From Octopus vulgaris (taxonomy: Eukaryota): a stretch of 64,000 nt of DNA. Where the stretch lies: positions 47,120,001 to 47,184,000 of the forward strand of contig OX597823.1 in the NCBI GenBank assembly GCA_951406725.2. The letters run 5' to 3'. Shown in pieces: positions 37,633 through 51,196 of this stretch. Under the pieces are notes generated by a model. That model made no database searches. It was not told the DNA's origin and worked only from the letters and a program-made list of their open reading frames with translations. Both the position numbers and the translations under genes were made by a program. Numbering within the stretch: the stretch's first letter is position 1; each line of letters begins with the position of its first letter.

Positions 37633-37790
37633 AGTAGTTACTTCTGACGAGCCGATGACTGATAGGCGAAACTAGTCTACTCTAGTGATCCGGGAGACTC
37701 TCTCTGGGTGGTTATCTCCCCTGTCAGTGTATATATATTGCGCGCTTTATTAAGAGTTTTTAACTCGTATTTCTTGCAATAGTGCTTCGG
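37633..37790 (+). mobile_element. Penelope-like pLTR-type repeat with a hammerhead core
   Basis: CTGACGA-gcc-(11 nt)-ggc-GAAAC-ta-GTC at 37644-37677. Confidence 0.55.
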
Positions 37791-38408
37791 CACCCTGAGT
37801 CACAATTATTGATGATTGCATGCATGTGTGTGTGTGTATTTATTTATATATTATTTATATTATTTTGTGTGCATATATATATATGCATGTATGTACATCT
37901 ATATGTTTGTGACATTGTGTCTATGTTTGTCTCTCCCCACTACACCTCTTAACAACGGTAGTTGGTGTGTTTACGACCCAGTAACATAGCGGTTCGGTAA
38001 AAGAGAACGATTGAATAAGTACTGCGCTTAAAAAATAAGTCCTGGGATCAACTTTTTCGACTAAAACCCTTCAATGCGGTGCCCCAACATGACCACAGTC
38101 AAATGACAGAAACACGTAAAAGATAAAAGAAAATGACAAAAAAATACACACTAATACGAACATCGATGATCCGTATCAGGTTACGTGTAAACAATCATTT
38201 TAACCCCTTATGAACATGGTTGCTTCCAGAATAAATGATGAAGGGGTGCAACCTAACGAATACATTTCACTGATTTTCGATTAAAATCCGAAAAACTTTT
38301 TATCCAATTAAATGAAATGGACTTTATTTGCATATGCCATTAACCGGTTAATTTTACATAGATTTTGTGATGAACGGTTCGGTGTTTCAAAATGTTATAA
38401 TTAACTAC

Positions 38409-38464
<56 letters not shown>

Positions 38465-38510
38465 ATAGAAATGGCAAGACAACAAAAGAATGAAAGAGAC
38501 CTCGATATTA

Positions 38511-38658
38511 TGTAAATATAATATGTGACAAGTATTCGGTAGCCATGATAAAACTCCGAGTAACCCACGTCGGCATCTCTTCAGTTATCGGGCCAGCGAC
38601 ATCCAAAACTCGTAGTTATGTCATGGCTACCGAATAATTCTCACACTTTATATTTACA
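38511..38658. repeat. Inverted repeat with 51 bp arms (38511-38561, 38608-38658)
   Basis: tgtaaatataatatgtgacaagtattcggtagccatga.. is matched by the reverse complement of ..tcatggctaccgaataattctcacactttatatttaca. Confidence 0.88.
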
Positions 38659-38797
38659 GATATATATAACCAAAACAAAATATGGAACAAGAACGTAACA
38701 GGCAACGAACACTAAAGGGCAGGAAAAAACAAGGACTGGTCATTCGCAGCTTTCAATCTTCAGTCGAGTACCAGATCATCTTTGCAGTTTCGGCCGG

Positions 38798-38867
<70 letters not shown>

Positions 38868-38878
38868 ATATATATATA

Positions 38879-38918
<40 letters not shown>

Positions 38919-38977
38919 CCTGTTTAGCTATCGATCTTTCTATCTCCCCCTCTCTCTCTCTATATATATATATATAT

Positions 38978-39376
38978 ACTTTTACTTACTTTTACTTTTA
39001 CTTGTTTCAGTCATTTGACTGCGGCCATGCTGGAGCACCGCCTTTAATCGAGCAAATCGATCCCGGGACTTATTCTTTGTAAGCCCAGTACTTATTCTAT
39101 CGGTCTCTTTTTGCCGAACCGCTAGGTGACGGGGACGTAAACACACCAGCATCGGTTGTCAAGCAATGCTAGGGGGACAAACACACACACATACATATAT
39201 ATATATACATACATACGACAGGCCTCTTTCAGTTTCCGTCTACCAAATACACTCACAAGGCTTTGGTCGGCCCGAGGCTATAGTAGAAGACATTTGCCCA
39301 AGATGCCACGCAGTGGGACTGAACCCGGAACCATGAAGTTCATAAGCAAGCTACATACCACAGAACCACTCCTGCG

Positions 39377-39379
<3 letters not shown>
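38978..39379 (-). mobile_element. SINE family A, full length
   Basis: Reverse complement of family A. Confidence 0.9.
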
Positions 39380-39418
<39 letters not shown>

Positions 39419-39661
39419 TACACACACACATACACAAATATATACATATACATGCGCGGACACACACATTACACACATACGCATACACACACGCACATGT
39501 ATATGCAAGTCTGCCTAAATGAATTCTACATCACACAGTCTCAATCAGGGAAAATTAGAAGCTAAAACGATGAAAATATTTTCTTGGATTCTTGATCTTG
39601 AATTGTACACACACAACCAAACGCATGCGCGCGCAAACACCCGAATACATACATTCATATA

Positions 39662-40060
39662 TAGGCGCAGGAGTGGCTGTGTGGTAAGTAGCTTGTTTAC
39701 CAACCACATGGTTCAGGGTTCAGTACCACTGCGTGGCACCTTGGGCAAGTGTCTTCTACTATAGCCTCGGGCCGACCAAAGCCTTGTGAGTGGATTTGGT
39801 AGACGGAAACTGAAAGAAGCCCGTCGTATATATGTATATATATGTGCGTGTGTGTGTTTGTGTGTCTGTGTTTGTCCCCCTAGCATTGCTTGACAACCGA
39901 TGCTGGTGCGTTTATGTCCCCGTTACTTAGCGGTTCGGCAAAAGAGACCGATAGAATAAGTACTGGGCTTACAAAAGAATAAGTCCCGGGATCGAGTTGC
40001 TCGATTAAAGGCGGTGCTCCAGCATGGCCGCAGTCAAATGACTGAAACAAGTAAAGAGTA
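39662..40060 (+). mobile_element. SINE family A, full length
   Basis: Near-consensus copy. Confidence 0.9.
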
Positions 40061-40623
40061 TATAAATATACGCATGCATATATGTAATGTATATATGGGT
40101 AACTGGGAATTTTAAACGCCAAGAATATGGACGTAAGAACTGTAAAACGCTGCCATATCTAATATGTGTTTCATTCAGATGCACATGACGTCTACCACTG
40201 ACAAGGTCAAGAAACGCCGAAATGACGTGATTCGACAGTTCCGGTGGTGGTAGCGGACGATTATCTCCCGCTAGCGATATAAACACGAGTACTTATATGC
40301 ACTTCAAGTCCATATGAGATGTTCTCTCATGGTACTTAACTCAGTATTTTGTGTTCCAACGCAACGTTCAAATTTAAGTTGAGATTATAATAATGCCTTG
40401 TGGTATCACTACTGCTTCTTTCGCTAAATATGTTTCAAAGTTAGGGTTTGCAAAATGAAAATCGAAAGTGAACTCTCGCTAAATATAATTACTGTTGTTG
40501 TTATCTTTTGTAATTCAATGTCAATCAGTTAATTGTATTATAAACATTTAGCTCTATTGTAAACATTTAATTCTATTGTAAGCATTTGATTCTCTCGTAC
40601 ATACATACATATATACATACATG

Positions 40624-40674
<51 letters not shown>

Positions 40675-40903
40675 TTACATACACATAAACACACACACAC
40701 ACATATATATATATACATATATACATGCATATGTATATATATATATATAAGTATTCATCGATAAATACAAGGAAAAGTACCTTTAGATTTTCATATCTGT
40801 CTTGTGGCAAGTTGTACTGAAGTGACCAATGGAAGCTTTCCTCGTGCTTTTCATAATCAATACCTGTTCTGAAATATCAATAAGTACTGCGATACATACA
40901 TAC

Positions 40904-40948
<45 letters not shown>

Positions 40949-40966
40949 GTACATATATATATAAAT

Positions 40967-41017
<51 letters not shown>

Positions 41018-41539
41018 GCAGACAGGCAGACAGAGACCAACACACAGACAAATAGAGACAGAGAGAGACAAACAGAGATGGAAGACAAAGGGAGAGACGT
41101 GGAGAGAGAGAGAGAAAAAGGACAAAGTGAGAGACGGAGAAAGGGAGAGAGAGAGAGAGACCAATAATATTGTTTTCTATTTATTTCGTTGTGAGTTAGA
41201 GTTGACCTCCCACGGTAACGTCGGCGAATAATCACGTACCTGATTCTAGTATCACTTTCAGTTGATAGAAAAGCTCTGAAGACTTCGTCATTGTTTTACT
41301 TACTTCGGTTCCATTAATGCAGAGGAGACTAAAATGACAAAAAGAGGGCTGAAACTCGAATCGAAAGGAAACGCACTGCATTTGAAAAATCTACATAGGA
41401 GGTTCTGGACGTCTCTTTGACAGAATTAAATTCGTTGTCCTACTGTTTTCACTCTGTAGCAGTGAATCATTGATTCTCAGTAGCATATATTTTGGTACAG
41501 CTTCATTATGTTTGTATGCTGCGATTCAGATAGAATTCT

Positions 41540-42008
41540 ATGTACTATAGGCACAAGGCCTGAAATTTTGTGTGGTGGTGGGTTGAGGTTGGGTGGAGCG
41601 GGTGGCGTTAGTCGGTTTCATCCATCTATGAGCTCCACTGGTACTTATTTTATCAACTGCGAAAGGATGGTAGGTCAAAGTCGGCCTCAGCAAGATTTTA
41701 ACCCAGAACGTACAGCCGGAAGAAATTCCGCAAACCATTTTGTCCGGCGTGCTAAGGATCCTGTCAGCTCAACGCTTTATTTTCAGGATTTAATCCCTTC
41801 TACTTTAAGCATAATGCTTAAAATTTTATGGGCGGAGATGGCTAGTCGATTATATTGACACCGATGCTTAAATGGCCCTTATTTTATCGACCCCGGAAGG
41901 ATGTAAGGCAAAATCGACTTCGGCAGGATTTGAACTCAGAACGTAAAGCCGGAAGAAATGCCGCTAAGCATTCTGTCCGTCATGCTAATGATTACGCCAG
42001 CTAGAAGC
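41540..42008 (-). mobile_element. Two tandem diverged SINE family B copies
   Basis: Each has tattttatc..gaaaggatg..aaagtcg..gaactcagaacgta..gctaa.gat. Confidence 0.75.
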
Positions 42009-42929
42009 CTTATTTTCAGAATATAATGTTGCGATAAAACGGACAACACTTCGAAGTTAGTTTGACTAATATCACAAACATCGAGTCATTCTTAACTAAG
42101 ATCTACACGAAGAGGTCAGAATTATATTAAGTTAGGATAGGTACAAGTGAACTACCTCAAATCCCTTTTTGGGGGTAGGTCTAAACCCAAACATCACCTG
42201 TGGATAAACCATCTAGAAATAAATATAAAAAATAGATTACAATGAATAGGAAATCTCAGTGACGTAGCTAGGAGTATGCGTGTCGCCCAGGGAAACTTTT
42301 GAGTGTGTCACCCCTAGGACCGGATCTCCAAGGCTGTACAGGATTATATAGAACACCCCCAAATTGCTGCTCTCATAAAAGCATCGTCCAGGCAAACCTT
42401 CGCCTCCCGATCCCTTGCTGAACGACTGGGCAATCTTAGCAAAGTAACAGACGCAATGAGAAATGGTCTCCTGCTGAAGAACATACAGTTTTGAATAGAA
42501 AAGGACTGAACAAGGTAATTTATAGCGCAAGCACTTGATAAAGATCGGCATTGATTAAATCCAGTGGGTGCTTAGGGCCTCTCTGTCCAGGATGTGGTGT
42601 TAGTACACGAAGGTAAATATAATTCGATATCCTGGTATACAGGTTCAAACTGCAGATGTAGACTATTTGTGAAAATAGTGGAAAAAACTGTAAAATATTC
42701 AGTGGCTTGATTGTGAACAGGTACAGTTATATTTTACTTAAATCTACTAAAATGTATGCCATGTAACATGAGTGCTACTGCTTATATGGAATCAAATTAC
42801 AACCTGTGGTATAGTCGGGTTGTTGGTTACTAAATTGAAACTCCCACAGGCTAACCTGGTGAGGTGAGTAGCTCAAAACTCATAAGAACAGAGAACAGGG
42901 TCTGTCAAAAGGACGGATGAAATCAATGT

Positions 42930-43640
42930 AGGTTTCACGCCTGATTGTTTTTTGTTACATCTGTAAGAACTAGATTTGCCTATTAAGAACTAGATTTTTC
43001 TAATTAGTATGATGGTTCTTCCGAGTTTTATTGACCCTGATGTTTTTTAGGCGCCTGTGTTTGGCTAGAGATGGTGGGTAGCCATTCAGGGTTAGGTCTC
43101 TGAGGAACTGTTTGGTGTTGACGGCTTTGTCGGTCACTTAGCTGCAATTGTTGTTCATACGTGCAATCTTGTTCCTCACGTATACATCTTTGGCTCTGGT
43201 GGGTAAGGTTGATTGTTAGTGAACGAAAAGTTTCCTGCTAGCGACTTTTCTGTATAAATTGGTAAATAAGGAACCTTCCTCTGTGATCCTGAGTTGAAAG
43301 TCGAGTAGACAGAGGGTTCCGAATTCTTCTGGATGTTCAATCTCGAATTTGATGTTTCTGACGATGTTATTGAAAGTCCGGTGTATGCTAATGGCCTTAT
43401 CCCTGGAAGACGTGATAATAAGGATGTCATCAACGTACCTGGAGAAGAAGATGGATGTGAGGCAGGTGTTGAGTGCTGTGTGTTCTAGCTTATCCATGTA
43501 CGTGACGGCCAGCAGGCCTGAAAGTCTAGATCTAGGTAGGCTAGAAGTCTGTTTGTAAATCACAGTTATATTGGAAATAAATGTTACTAACTATAATGGT
43601 TAGTAACTCTCGTATGTCCGAGGGTGTGAGGCCGAAGAGC
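42930..43640 (-). pseudogene. Penelope-like element RT plus C-terminal helical domain fragment
   Basis: LAVTYMDKLEH..FFSRYVDDILII..NIKFEIEHPE..LCLLDF..NLYRKVASRKLFVH (ORF 43216-43563). Confidence 0.88.
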
Positions 43641-44138
43641 TGAATGTTGATGGATAAAGAGGTGGGAGAAGATGAAGGGGAAAATGAGGAGGAGATTGCA
43701 GGGAGGGAAGAAGAAATGAGGATGGGGGTTGGGGAGAAGGAGATATGGGGGAGATAAGATGGAGATGTGGTGTATGAGGATATCGACGGCCGGGAGAGTG
43801 GGTACAGAGGTGTAGAGGGAAACTGAGTCTAAACTAAAAGGGTATTTGTTAGTTTTAAGTACTACTACTACTACTATACATACTCATATAAGTGCGCGCG
43901 CATGTGTGTATGCGAGTGTATGTGTTTGTGTTTGTGTGTGTGTGTGTGTGCGTGCACGTGTTCGTACTTGTGTGTATATGTGTGTACTCAAACCTATAAT
44001 AGAGAGTAATACTTTAACGAAACTGATTCAGACTCTCCACTGGATTAACCACAATGATCTCTTTTTTCCCCTTCTCTGCCTGTCTCTCTCTCTCTCTCCC
44101 TCTCTCTCTCTCAGTATATATATATTATTTATGCGCCC

Positions 44139-44438
44139 TTTTCAAGCCTAACCAGGCTCATGGGCCCGATTTTCCGGTTTCTGTGGCGTATGTGTTCCCC
44201 CCAGCTGGACGGGACGCCAGTCCATCGCAGAGTTATTCAAGAAACAGAATAAGAGAGTGAAAGAAAGTTGTGGCGAAAGAGTACAACAGGGGTTTCCACC
44301 CCACCCCCTGCCGGAGTCTGGTGGAGCTTTTACATGTTTTCGCTCAATAAACACACACAGCGCCCGGTCTGGGAATCGAAACCGCGATTCTCCGACCGCA
44401 AGTCCGCTGCCCTAACCACTGGGCCATTGCGCCTCCAC
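44139..44438 (-). mobile_element. SINE with family-C head and alternative tail 3
   Basis: Head as in 21347. Tail gcgatggactggcgtcccgtccag..cagaaaccgg (V-domain-like). Confidence 0.8.
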
Positions 44439-45255
44439 ACACACACACACTCACACACATACACACACACACACACACACACATACACACACACAAACAC
44501 ACACATATATATATATATATGTACATACAATCATACATATATACCTACATGCAAATTAAATAAAATTTGGGATTTTGCGGAGGGTCAAAGTTGGTAACAA
44601 AAACAAGACAGTGAAAATAGACAGGAAGGGCTGCTAAGCCTAAATGAAGTTGTGGTGGTGAATGCGAAGAAACAGGTCTGGACAGGTGACACACATTCCT
44701 GGTGACAATTTATGCTTGAAAGATTTGGCTATCCGTTAGGTTTAAGCAATTGTTTTTCGTTACATCAGTAAGAACTAGATTTGTCTTTTACGTTAAAACA
44801 TTGATAAAAAATTGTTACACATCTATGTATAAAATACTCGTATATACAGGGAAAAGACAAAAAAATTGCTTGCGATGATTTTTTGCCACCATCAAAGAAA
44901 TCAGACATATTTTCAAGGCATTAACAATTAATTTCCCTTATCTAAATAGCTTATAGTAAAGCTATAGGCCTTCACCAATTATCGGAATAATCTTATAGCC
45001 TTAGTGGCTTGACAAACTTAGTGAAAGACATTCTTTTTACTCTAAAATATTCTTTCCCATAATTCAGTGCAATTGGAAGACATTACTCTTGTTAATCTCA
45101 ATAGACGCTTCTTTCTAGAATTTCTCTTCCAGTTTGCTCCAATAGAAACATATGTATTTTGAATGTAACTTACATTCATGTACTGTTTATTTTACCCGCG
45201 TTCCCACGTAAATATGCACTTTATATCGCAGCCCATTCAAAGATATATATAAATA

Positions 45256-45291
<36 letters not shown>

Positions 45292-46195
45292 TATATATAT
45301 ACAATACTGTATTGTATTATGTTATATTATATATTACTCGCTTGAATTCTGAAGAGTTCTACTTGGGATTGTTACCATATCCAAATGAATAAATGTCGTG
45401 TCGAAAGAGGTTGACAAATTTTCTCTCATATGATGCAACTGATAAAGAATGTCAATGCTAGGTCCCCCCCTCACTCTCTCCTTCACATTACAATTTCTAT
45501 ATCCTATTTTATTCGTTCACTATATTTATAAAGAATGTCTGGGCCACGCCCCATAACACGTCACTTACAAGCTGCATGCATAGAAACGTTAAACTACGTC
45601 TTTAAAGGATTACTACACGATGCTTTTATGAGCTCCTCGTGTACAAAACTCATATTTCTTGCCACAGAGGTTCATCTTAGTTTATCATGTGATCTTCAAC
45701 AGCATAACGCTGTTTGCCCATTTGTTGTTTGTTTTATTGTTTTGTTATGTTTTTTTTTCCTTGTGTAAACAGGAACTAGCAAATCACCAAAATCTTCAGT
45801 TTTTCTCCATTAATTTTTTTTTTCTTTCTTTATACAACAAACGGTAAACCACTTGAAATCCTTCGAAGTGTTATGCATTCCTTATGTCATTTATTAAGTT
45901 ATCAAATTTTGGTAATATCCCAAGGCTTCAATGTTATCACTTCCCATGTGATGTTCCATAACCAAAATTTATAATAAGGAATACTTGAATATATAAAACA
46001 TTTAGCTATCTGCATTTCTAAGAGAGGGAAATAAATGGCTTTTAACATTTTCATGTGCGTGTTTTAATCGATAAAACACTTCCCCCAATGAAAGATAAAT
46101 GTTCACGATTTGAGGAAGTGTTAAAGGATCCGCTGTTCAGTGAAAGAAGCTGAGGAGAAAGCGTTTAAAATTAATCTTTAAATTGTGTGACTATG

Positions 46196-46262
<67 letters not shown>

Positions 46263-46286
46263 GTCCATACATACATATATATATAT

Positions 46287-46675
46287 ACTCTTTACTCTTT
46301 TACTTGTTTCAGTCATTTGACTGCGGCCATACTGGAGCACCGTATCGACCCCAGGACTTATTCTTTGTAAGCCTAGTACTTATTCTATCGGTCTCTTTTG
46401 CCGAGCCGCTGAGTTACGGGGACGTAAGCTCACCAGCATCTGTTGTCAAGCGATGTTGGGTGGGGGACAAACACAGATACACAAACATATACATACACAT
46501 ACATATATACATACATATATACGACGGGCTTCTTTCAGTTTCCGCCTACCAAATCCACTCACAAGGCCCGAGGCTATAGTAGAAGACACTTGCCCAAGGT
46601 GCCACGCAGTGGGACTGAACCCGGAACCATGTGACTCGTAAGCAAGCTACTTAACACACAGCCACTCCTACACCT
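46287..46675 (-). mobile_element. SINE family A
   Basis: Reverse complement of family A with short deletions. Confidence 0.88.
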
Positions 46676-46723
46676 ACACCTATATAGATATATATATATA
46701 TATATATATGTATATAAACATAC

Positions 46724-46763
<40 letters not shown>

Positions 46764-46804
46764 TTGTATGTGCAACCTATGCCTGCGTGGAAAACGGACG
46801 TTAA

Positions 46805-46845
<41 letters not shown>

Positions 46846-47186
46846 ATATGTATGATATATTGGTTTTCAAATTTTGGCACACAGCCAGCAAATTCAGGAG
46901 AGGGCTTAAGTCGATTACAATAAACTTGTCGGAGAGTAACCGGTACATTGGCAGTTTGCTTTTCTCAGCCTGACGAATAAAGGATCCTTGGCTGCGAGCT
47001 GATAACACCAAGTTGCCACTGGAGAAGGTGTCACAGCATGTGGAATCCCAGGTGAGGAGCCTACCGAACAGAACGGAAAAAATTGTCGTCATCCGGCCTT
47101 TTTCTGTCCCCTCGAGATAGCCCCGCTAGACGAGCTGGGAGGGGAAGCCTGCGGCGTCTAGGCTTCTCATATGTTGCAGATGTATA

Positions 47187-47226
<40 letters not shown>

Positions 47227-48498
47227 GATAAAACTTACTTGGAAAAGAATACGTGGTGTTCAATCATATAATAATATAAATAATATATAAATATATGCAT
47301 ATATACATACATATCTGTACGTACCTACATATATAAGCATATATACATGCATATATGGGTACAGAACATTAAAAAAAAAAGTTAAACACAATGAGAAACG
47401 AAAACATAAACGCGAAAACATAGAAAACGAACTCTTTTTCGAACAACGAAAAATACAAACAGAGAAACGAGACATGCAACGTAAAGAATATTCACCTTCA
47501 TCGGTTGTCCCTGTTTCATCTACTCCGCGTTCGAGGGTAAGAACATGTGTGTGGTGGGGATCACATGGTCGTAATAATATGGTAGCATAAACCACGCCTT
47601 CATTAAATGTTTTAGGTCACAGTCTATTTGCTAGGAAACAAAGACATCCGCACAGTCCTGCTACTCTTAATACCAAAGGTTTGACAGCGGAAAGGAAAGG
47701 AAAAAGGACTGCTCTCACGTTCAAGTGAGCAGAGCAGAGGAACCCGAAATGAAAGCAACTCGCTCCCAACGATAAAACCCTCGTTGCTCGTTCCAGGACT
47801 CGGGCTCGCTATTATCTTATTATTACCTTACCATCAAGTAAACTTTATAGATATGGATGCATGTGCTTTAGTGTTGGTGTCAATAAAATGTGTCAGTGTA
47901 TGTATGCATGTAGACACAAACATACACACACACATACACACACACACACACGCACTCACACTCACTCACACACACAATCACACATACACAGGGTGACAGC
48001 GCTAAGCGGTGATGTGCATAAATACAAACTTGTTGCCATTTCAAATGTGATTTGGACATATTCAAACCCGTAATAAAGCCATTCATCGCAGTTTGTCATG
48101 GAGAAAACTTCTTGCTGAAGGCAGATAGATGTAAATACACCGAGTCAGCTCATGCCGTCAACTAACTGGATTGTGGGATGCATGCATTTCGGAGTGGTAA
48201 GCTCCTCTTCAGGCACAGAGACCGAAAAGGTAGACGCTGCGAAGTGACACGAGAAACAAGTCCCTCTTATGATATTCCAATCATCGTTCAATTATCGGTT
48301 GCAACTCCAAAGTTAATGAAAGAAATCATCTCTTTTCAATCCTAGAAACAGATGTAGCGCCTTACCGTCTTATTATAATGAGGAAGAGAACGATGGGCAG
48401 CAAATACATGAATCACACGGTCTGCAACGCTGGGTTAAAATCACTAAGTCAAAATAGAAAATATGAAATGGGAAGCAAAAGAAATAAAATGAGACCAT

Positions 48499-49350
48499 CT
48501 ATGGTGTATTAGGGCTAAATTTGACAATATTCATCAGAGGAAAAGAAAACACAATGCCCCATCAACAAAAAGAAATATTTTTAAAAAATCAAAAATTATC
48601 ACTAGCTTATGGTTAGGAGATTGCAGTTTACTCGAAGAAACCACTCTTAGCTTCCACCACAACCTCAAGAGAGCACCAAAACCTGGCGTATGCTTTCCTC
48701 AGTGTGTCCCTGGAAAGATCTTTGAACAACTCCTTGACCTTAGCCACAGTGTTTGTGTTGCAGGCAGAGCGGTTGGTGCCTTTCTCAGTAAGAGGTTCGG
48801 ATTAGAATCGAGGAAATTAGGCGGTCAGAAATTGAAGCTTGTGAAATTGTAGAAATTCTCCGACAACCACTTCTGACTCTGTCCGGAGATATGGGAAGGA
48901 GCCGAATCGTGCCGCCACACATATGACCTTTCAGTAGCAACCCATTCTAGTCAGTGATTAACCACAATCTCCAGTAGCTTTACATAGCCGTCTGAATTGA
49001 GCCTAAAGCCCTGTTCAAAGATGTGGGGGGAAATTTCCAAAGATCAGCACAGTTTGGGGAAACTCGGTTTTCATGATGTCCATGTCACATCTTACAACCT
49101 TTACGGTGGTCACAGAGCACTGAGAAGCAGTTATGATGTTAACATTTTGATACCTGGCGCGAACCATCATTACACATAACTTTTTACCAATATTCAACTG
49201 GTTTTCAGTCTTCCATGCCAGCTAAGTTTTTCTCAACTACAGTTTTAATCTTCATGTTCTCCCACGCTGTTGACTATTCGGCAATACATCAAACTGTTCC
49301 TGAAAATAATGAGACATAAATATCATCAAATTTATCCCGAACACCATCTA
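48499..49350 (-). mobile_element. Internally deleted DD37D/maT transposon with both TIRs
   Basis: TIRs atggtgtattagggctaaatttgacaatat / tatcatcaaatttatcccgaacaccat. Remnant MKTEFPQTVLIFG..QGFRLNSDGYVKLL..VWRHDSAPSH..QKWLSENF. Confidence 0.78.
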
Positions 49351-49779
49351 CCCCTGGGAAGGTATGGATTTGATAGTGCTTCAAATAGAAAGATCAACTG
49401 ATAGACGATTTTAATAAATCGGCAGAAACATTTAGGAAAATATTAAGCGGTGGTTTGCGAAGAAATGGACTTTGATTTTGTAGATCAAGCTTGATTGCTG
49501 GTAACAACCAAATTTCAAGAACATAAATTGTTGATTTAACAAACAGGACGATGTAGATCCTTTTTTAGTCACCTCGATATCCGAAATGCTCACGGGCTTT
49601 TTCGAGACTGACTTTTATTACTTCGATTGAGAATTTAATGACGCAGAAGGAAATCAGGGTCGTAAATAGTCTAATAAAACCTATAGGCTGCAAATTGATT
49701 GCCCTTATGGGTTCCGTTTTCATTTGCTCGTACCTATATACATTAATAAAGTTTTATGATGTCGATAATATATATATAT

Positions 49780-50124
49780 CGTAGCACTCCGTCGGTTACG
49801 ACGACGAGGGTTCCAGTTGATCCGATCAACGGAACAGCCTGCTTGTGAAATTAACGTGCAAGTGGCTGAGTACTCCATAGACATGTGTACCCTTAATGTA
49901 GTTCTCGGGGAGATTCAGCGTGACACAAAGTATAACAAGGCTGGCCCTTTGAAATACAGGAACAGTTGAAACAGGAAGAAAGGATGAAAGTTGTGATGAA
50001 AGAGTACAGAGTGCCGGAGCTTCGTGGAGCTTTAGGTGTTTTCGCTCAATAACCACTCACAACGCCCTGTCTGGGAATCGAAGCCACGACCCTACGACTG
50101 CGAGTCCTCTGCTCTAACCACTGA

Positions 50125-50128
<4 letters not shown>
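49780..50128 (-). mobile_element. SINE family C
   Basis: Reverse complement of family C, with distinctive head variants. Confidence 0.88.
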
Positions 50129-50165
<37 letters not shown>

Positions 50166-50176
50166 AAAATACGTCA

Positions 50177-50204
<28 letters not shown>

Positions 50205-50209
<5 letters not shown>

Positions 50210-50985
50210 TTCCCGCCGTTCTTTTATTTAAATTTTTAAAAGGCTAATAAAAAATAATAACTAATTAATCAATGATGTATTCACCCTTGTTGTTTACAAC
50301 TTCTTCCCACCGTTCAGCAAGATTTTCAATATATCATTGGTAGAAATCAACCGATTTCAACTCGAAAAACTGATCCAACCAAGCTCTCAATTCTGCATCA
50401 GTTCTGAACGAAACTCTGCACATAGCATTTGAAAGAGATCGAAAGAGGTGGAAATCCGTTGGTGCCAAATCAGGAGAGTACGGCGGGTGTGGCAGCACTT
50501 CCCAGCCATACGTTTGAATGGTTTCTTTGGTCATATTGGCGATATGAGGGCGGGCGTCGTCGTGCAGCAGAAGAACTTTATGCTGACGATTAGGTCTTTC
50601 TCTTGAATAGCCGAGTTGAGTCGTTCCATCTGTTGAACAAAGATTTCCTCATTGACCGTTTAGTTCTGTTCAAGCAATTCATAATGGATAATCCCTTCCC
50701 AGTCCCACCATACGCACAACATCGTTTTATGCGGATGAAGATCTTGTTCCACGCGCGGTTTCGCTTGTTTACCGGGGCTAAGCCATTCCTTACGCTGCTT
50801 CATATTAATGTACAGGCACCATTTTTCGTTGCCAGTAACAATTCGGTAAAGAAATCGTTGCTTGTATCCATGAGTTGAGCAGTGACGAGCAAGCAAACCA
50901 GCGGAGATTGTGGCTCGTTGATTTTTGTTTTTGTCACTTAAAGCATGAGGAACCAATGCTCCATATTTCTGAACCTTTCCCATCG
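50205..50985 (-). pseudogene. Mariner (DD34D) transposase, C-terminal half, frameshifted
   Basis: LVPHAL..RIVTGNEKW..KTMLCVWWDWEGIIHYELL; LLHDDARPH; GWEVLPHPPYSPDLAPTDFHLFRSL (ORFs 50660-51058 and 50334-50534). Confidence 0.93.
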
Positions 50986-51196
50986 AGTGAGAGTTAGAGC
51001 TTCCAACGAACAAACAACGACAGAGTGGACGTACAGAGTGAACAACCGATGAAGACAAACATTAAGGGCCGTTAGGCCAAACGAATTGTAATGAGTAACG
51101 CCTGGGAGAATATTTTTCAAGGAAATAGAATAATTAGAAGATAAGAAAATAGTAGAAGAAAAAATTCTGGATCCGAGCTAAATGACATCCAACCCT

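Noticed and set aside
40120-40290. Promoter (CRE-like tgacgtc/tgacgtg, ETS-like ttccgg)
   Set aside because: Short motifs only, with no linked exon; could be a transposon fragment.
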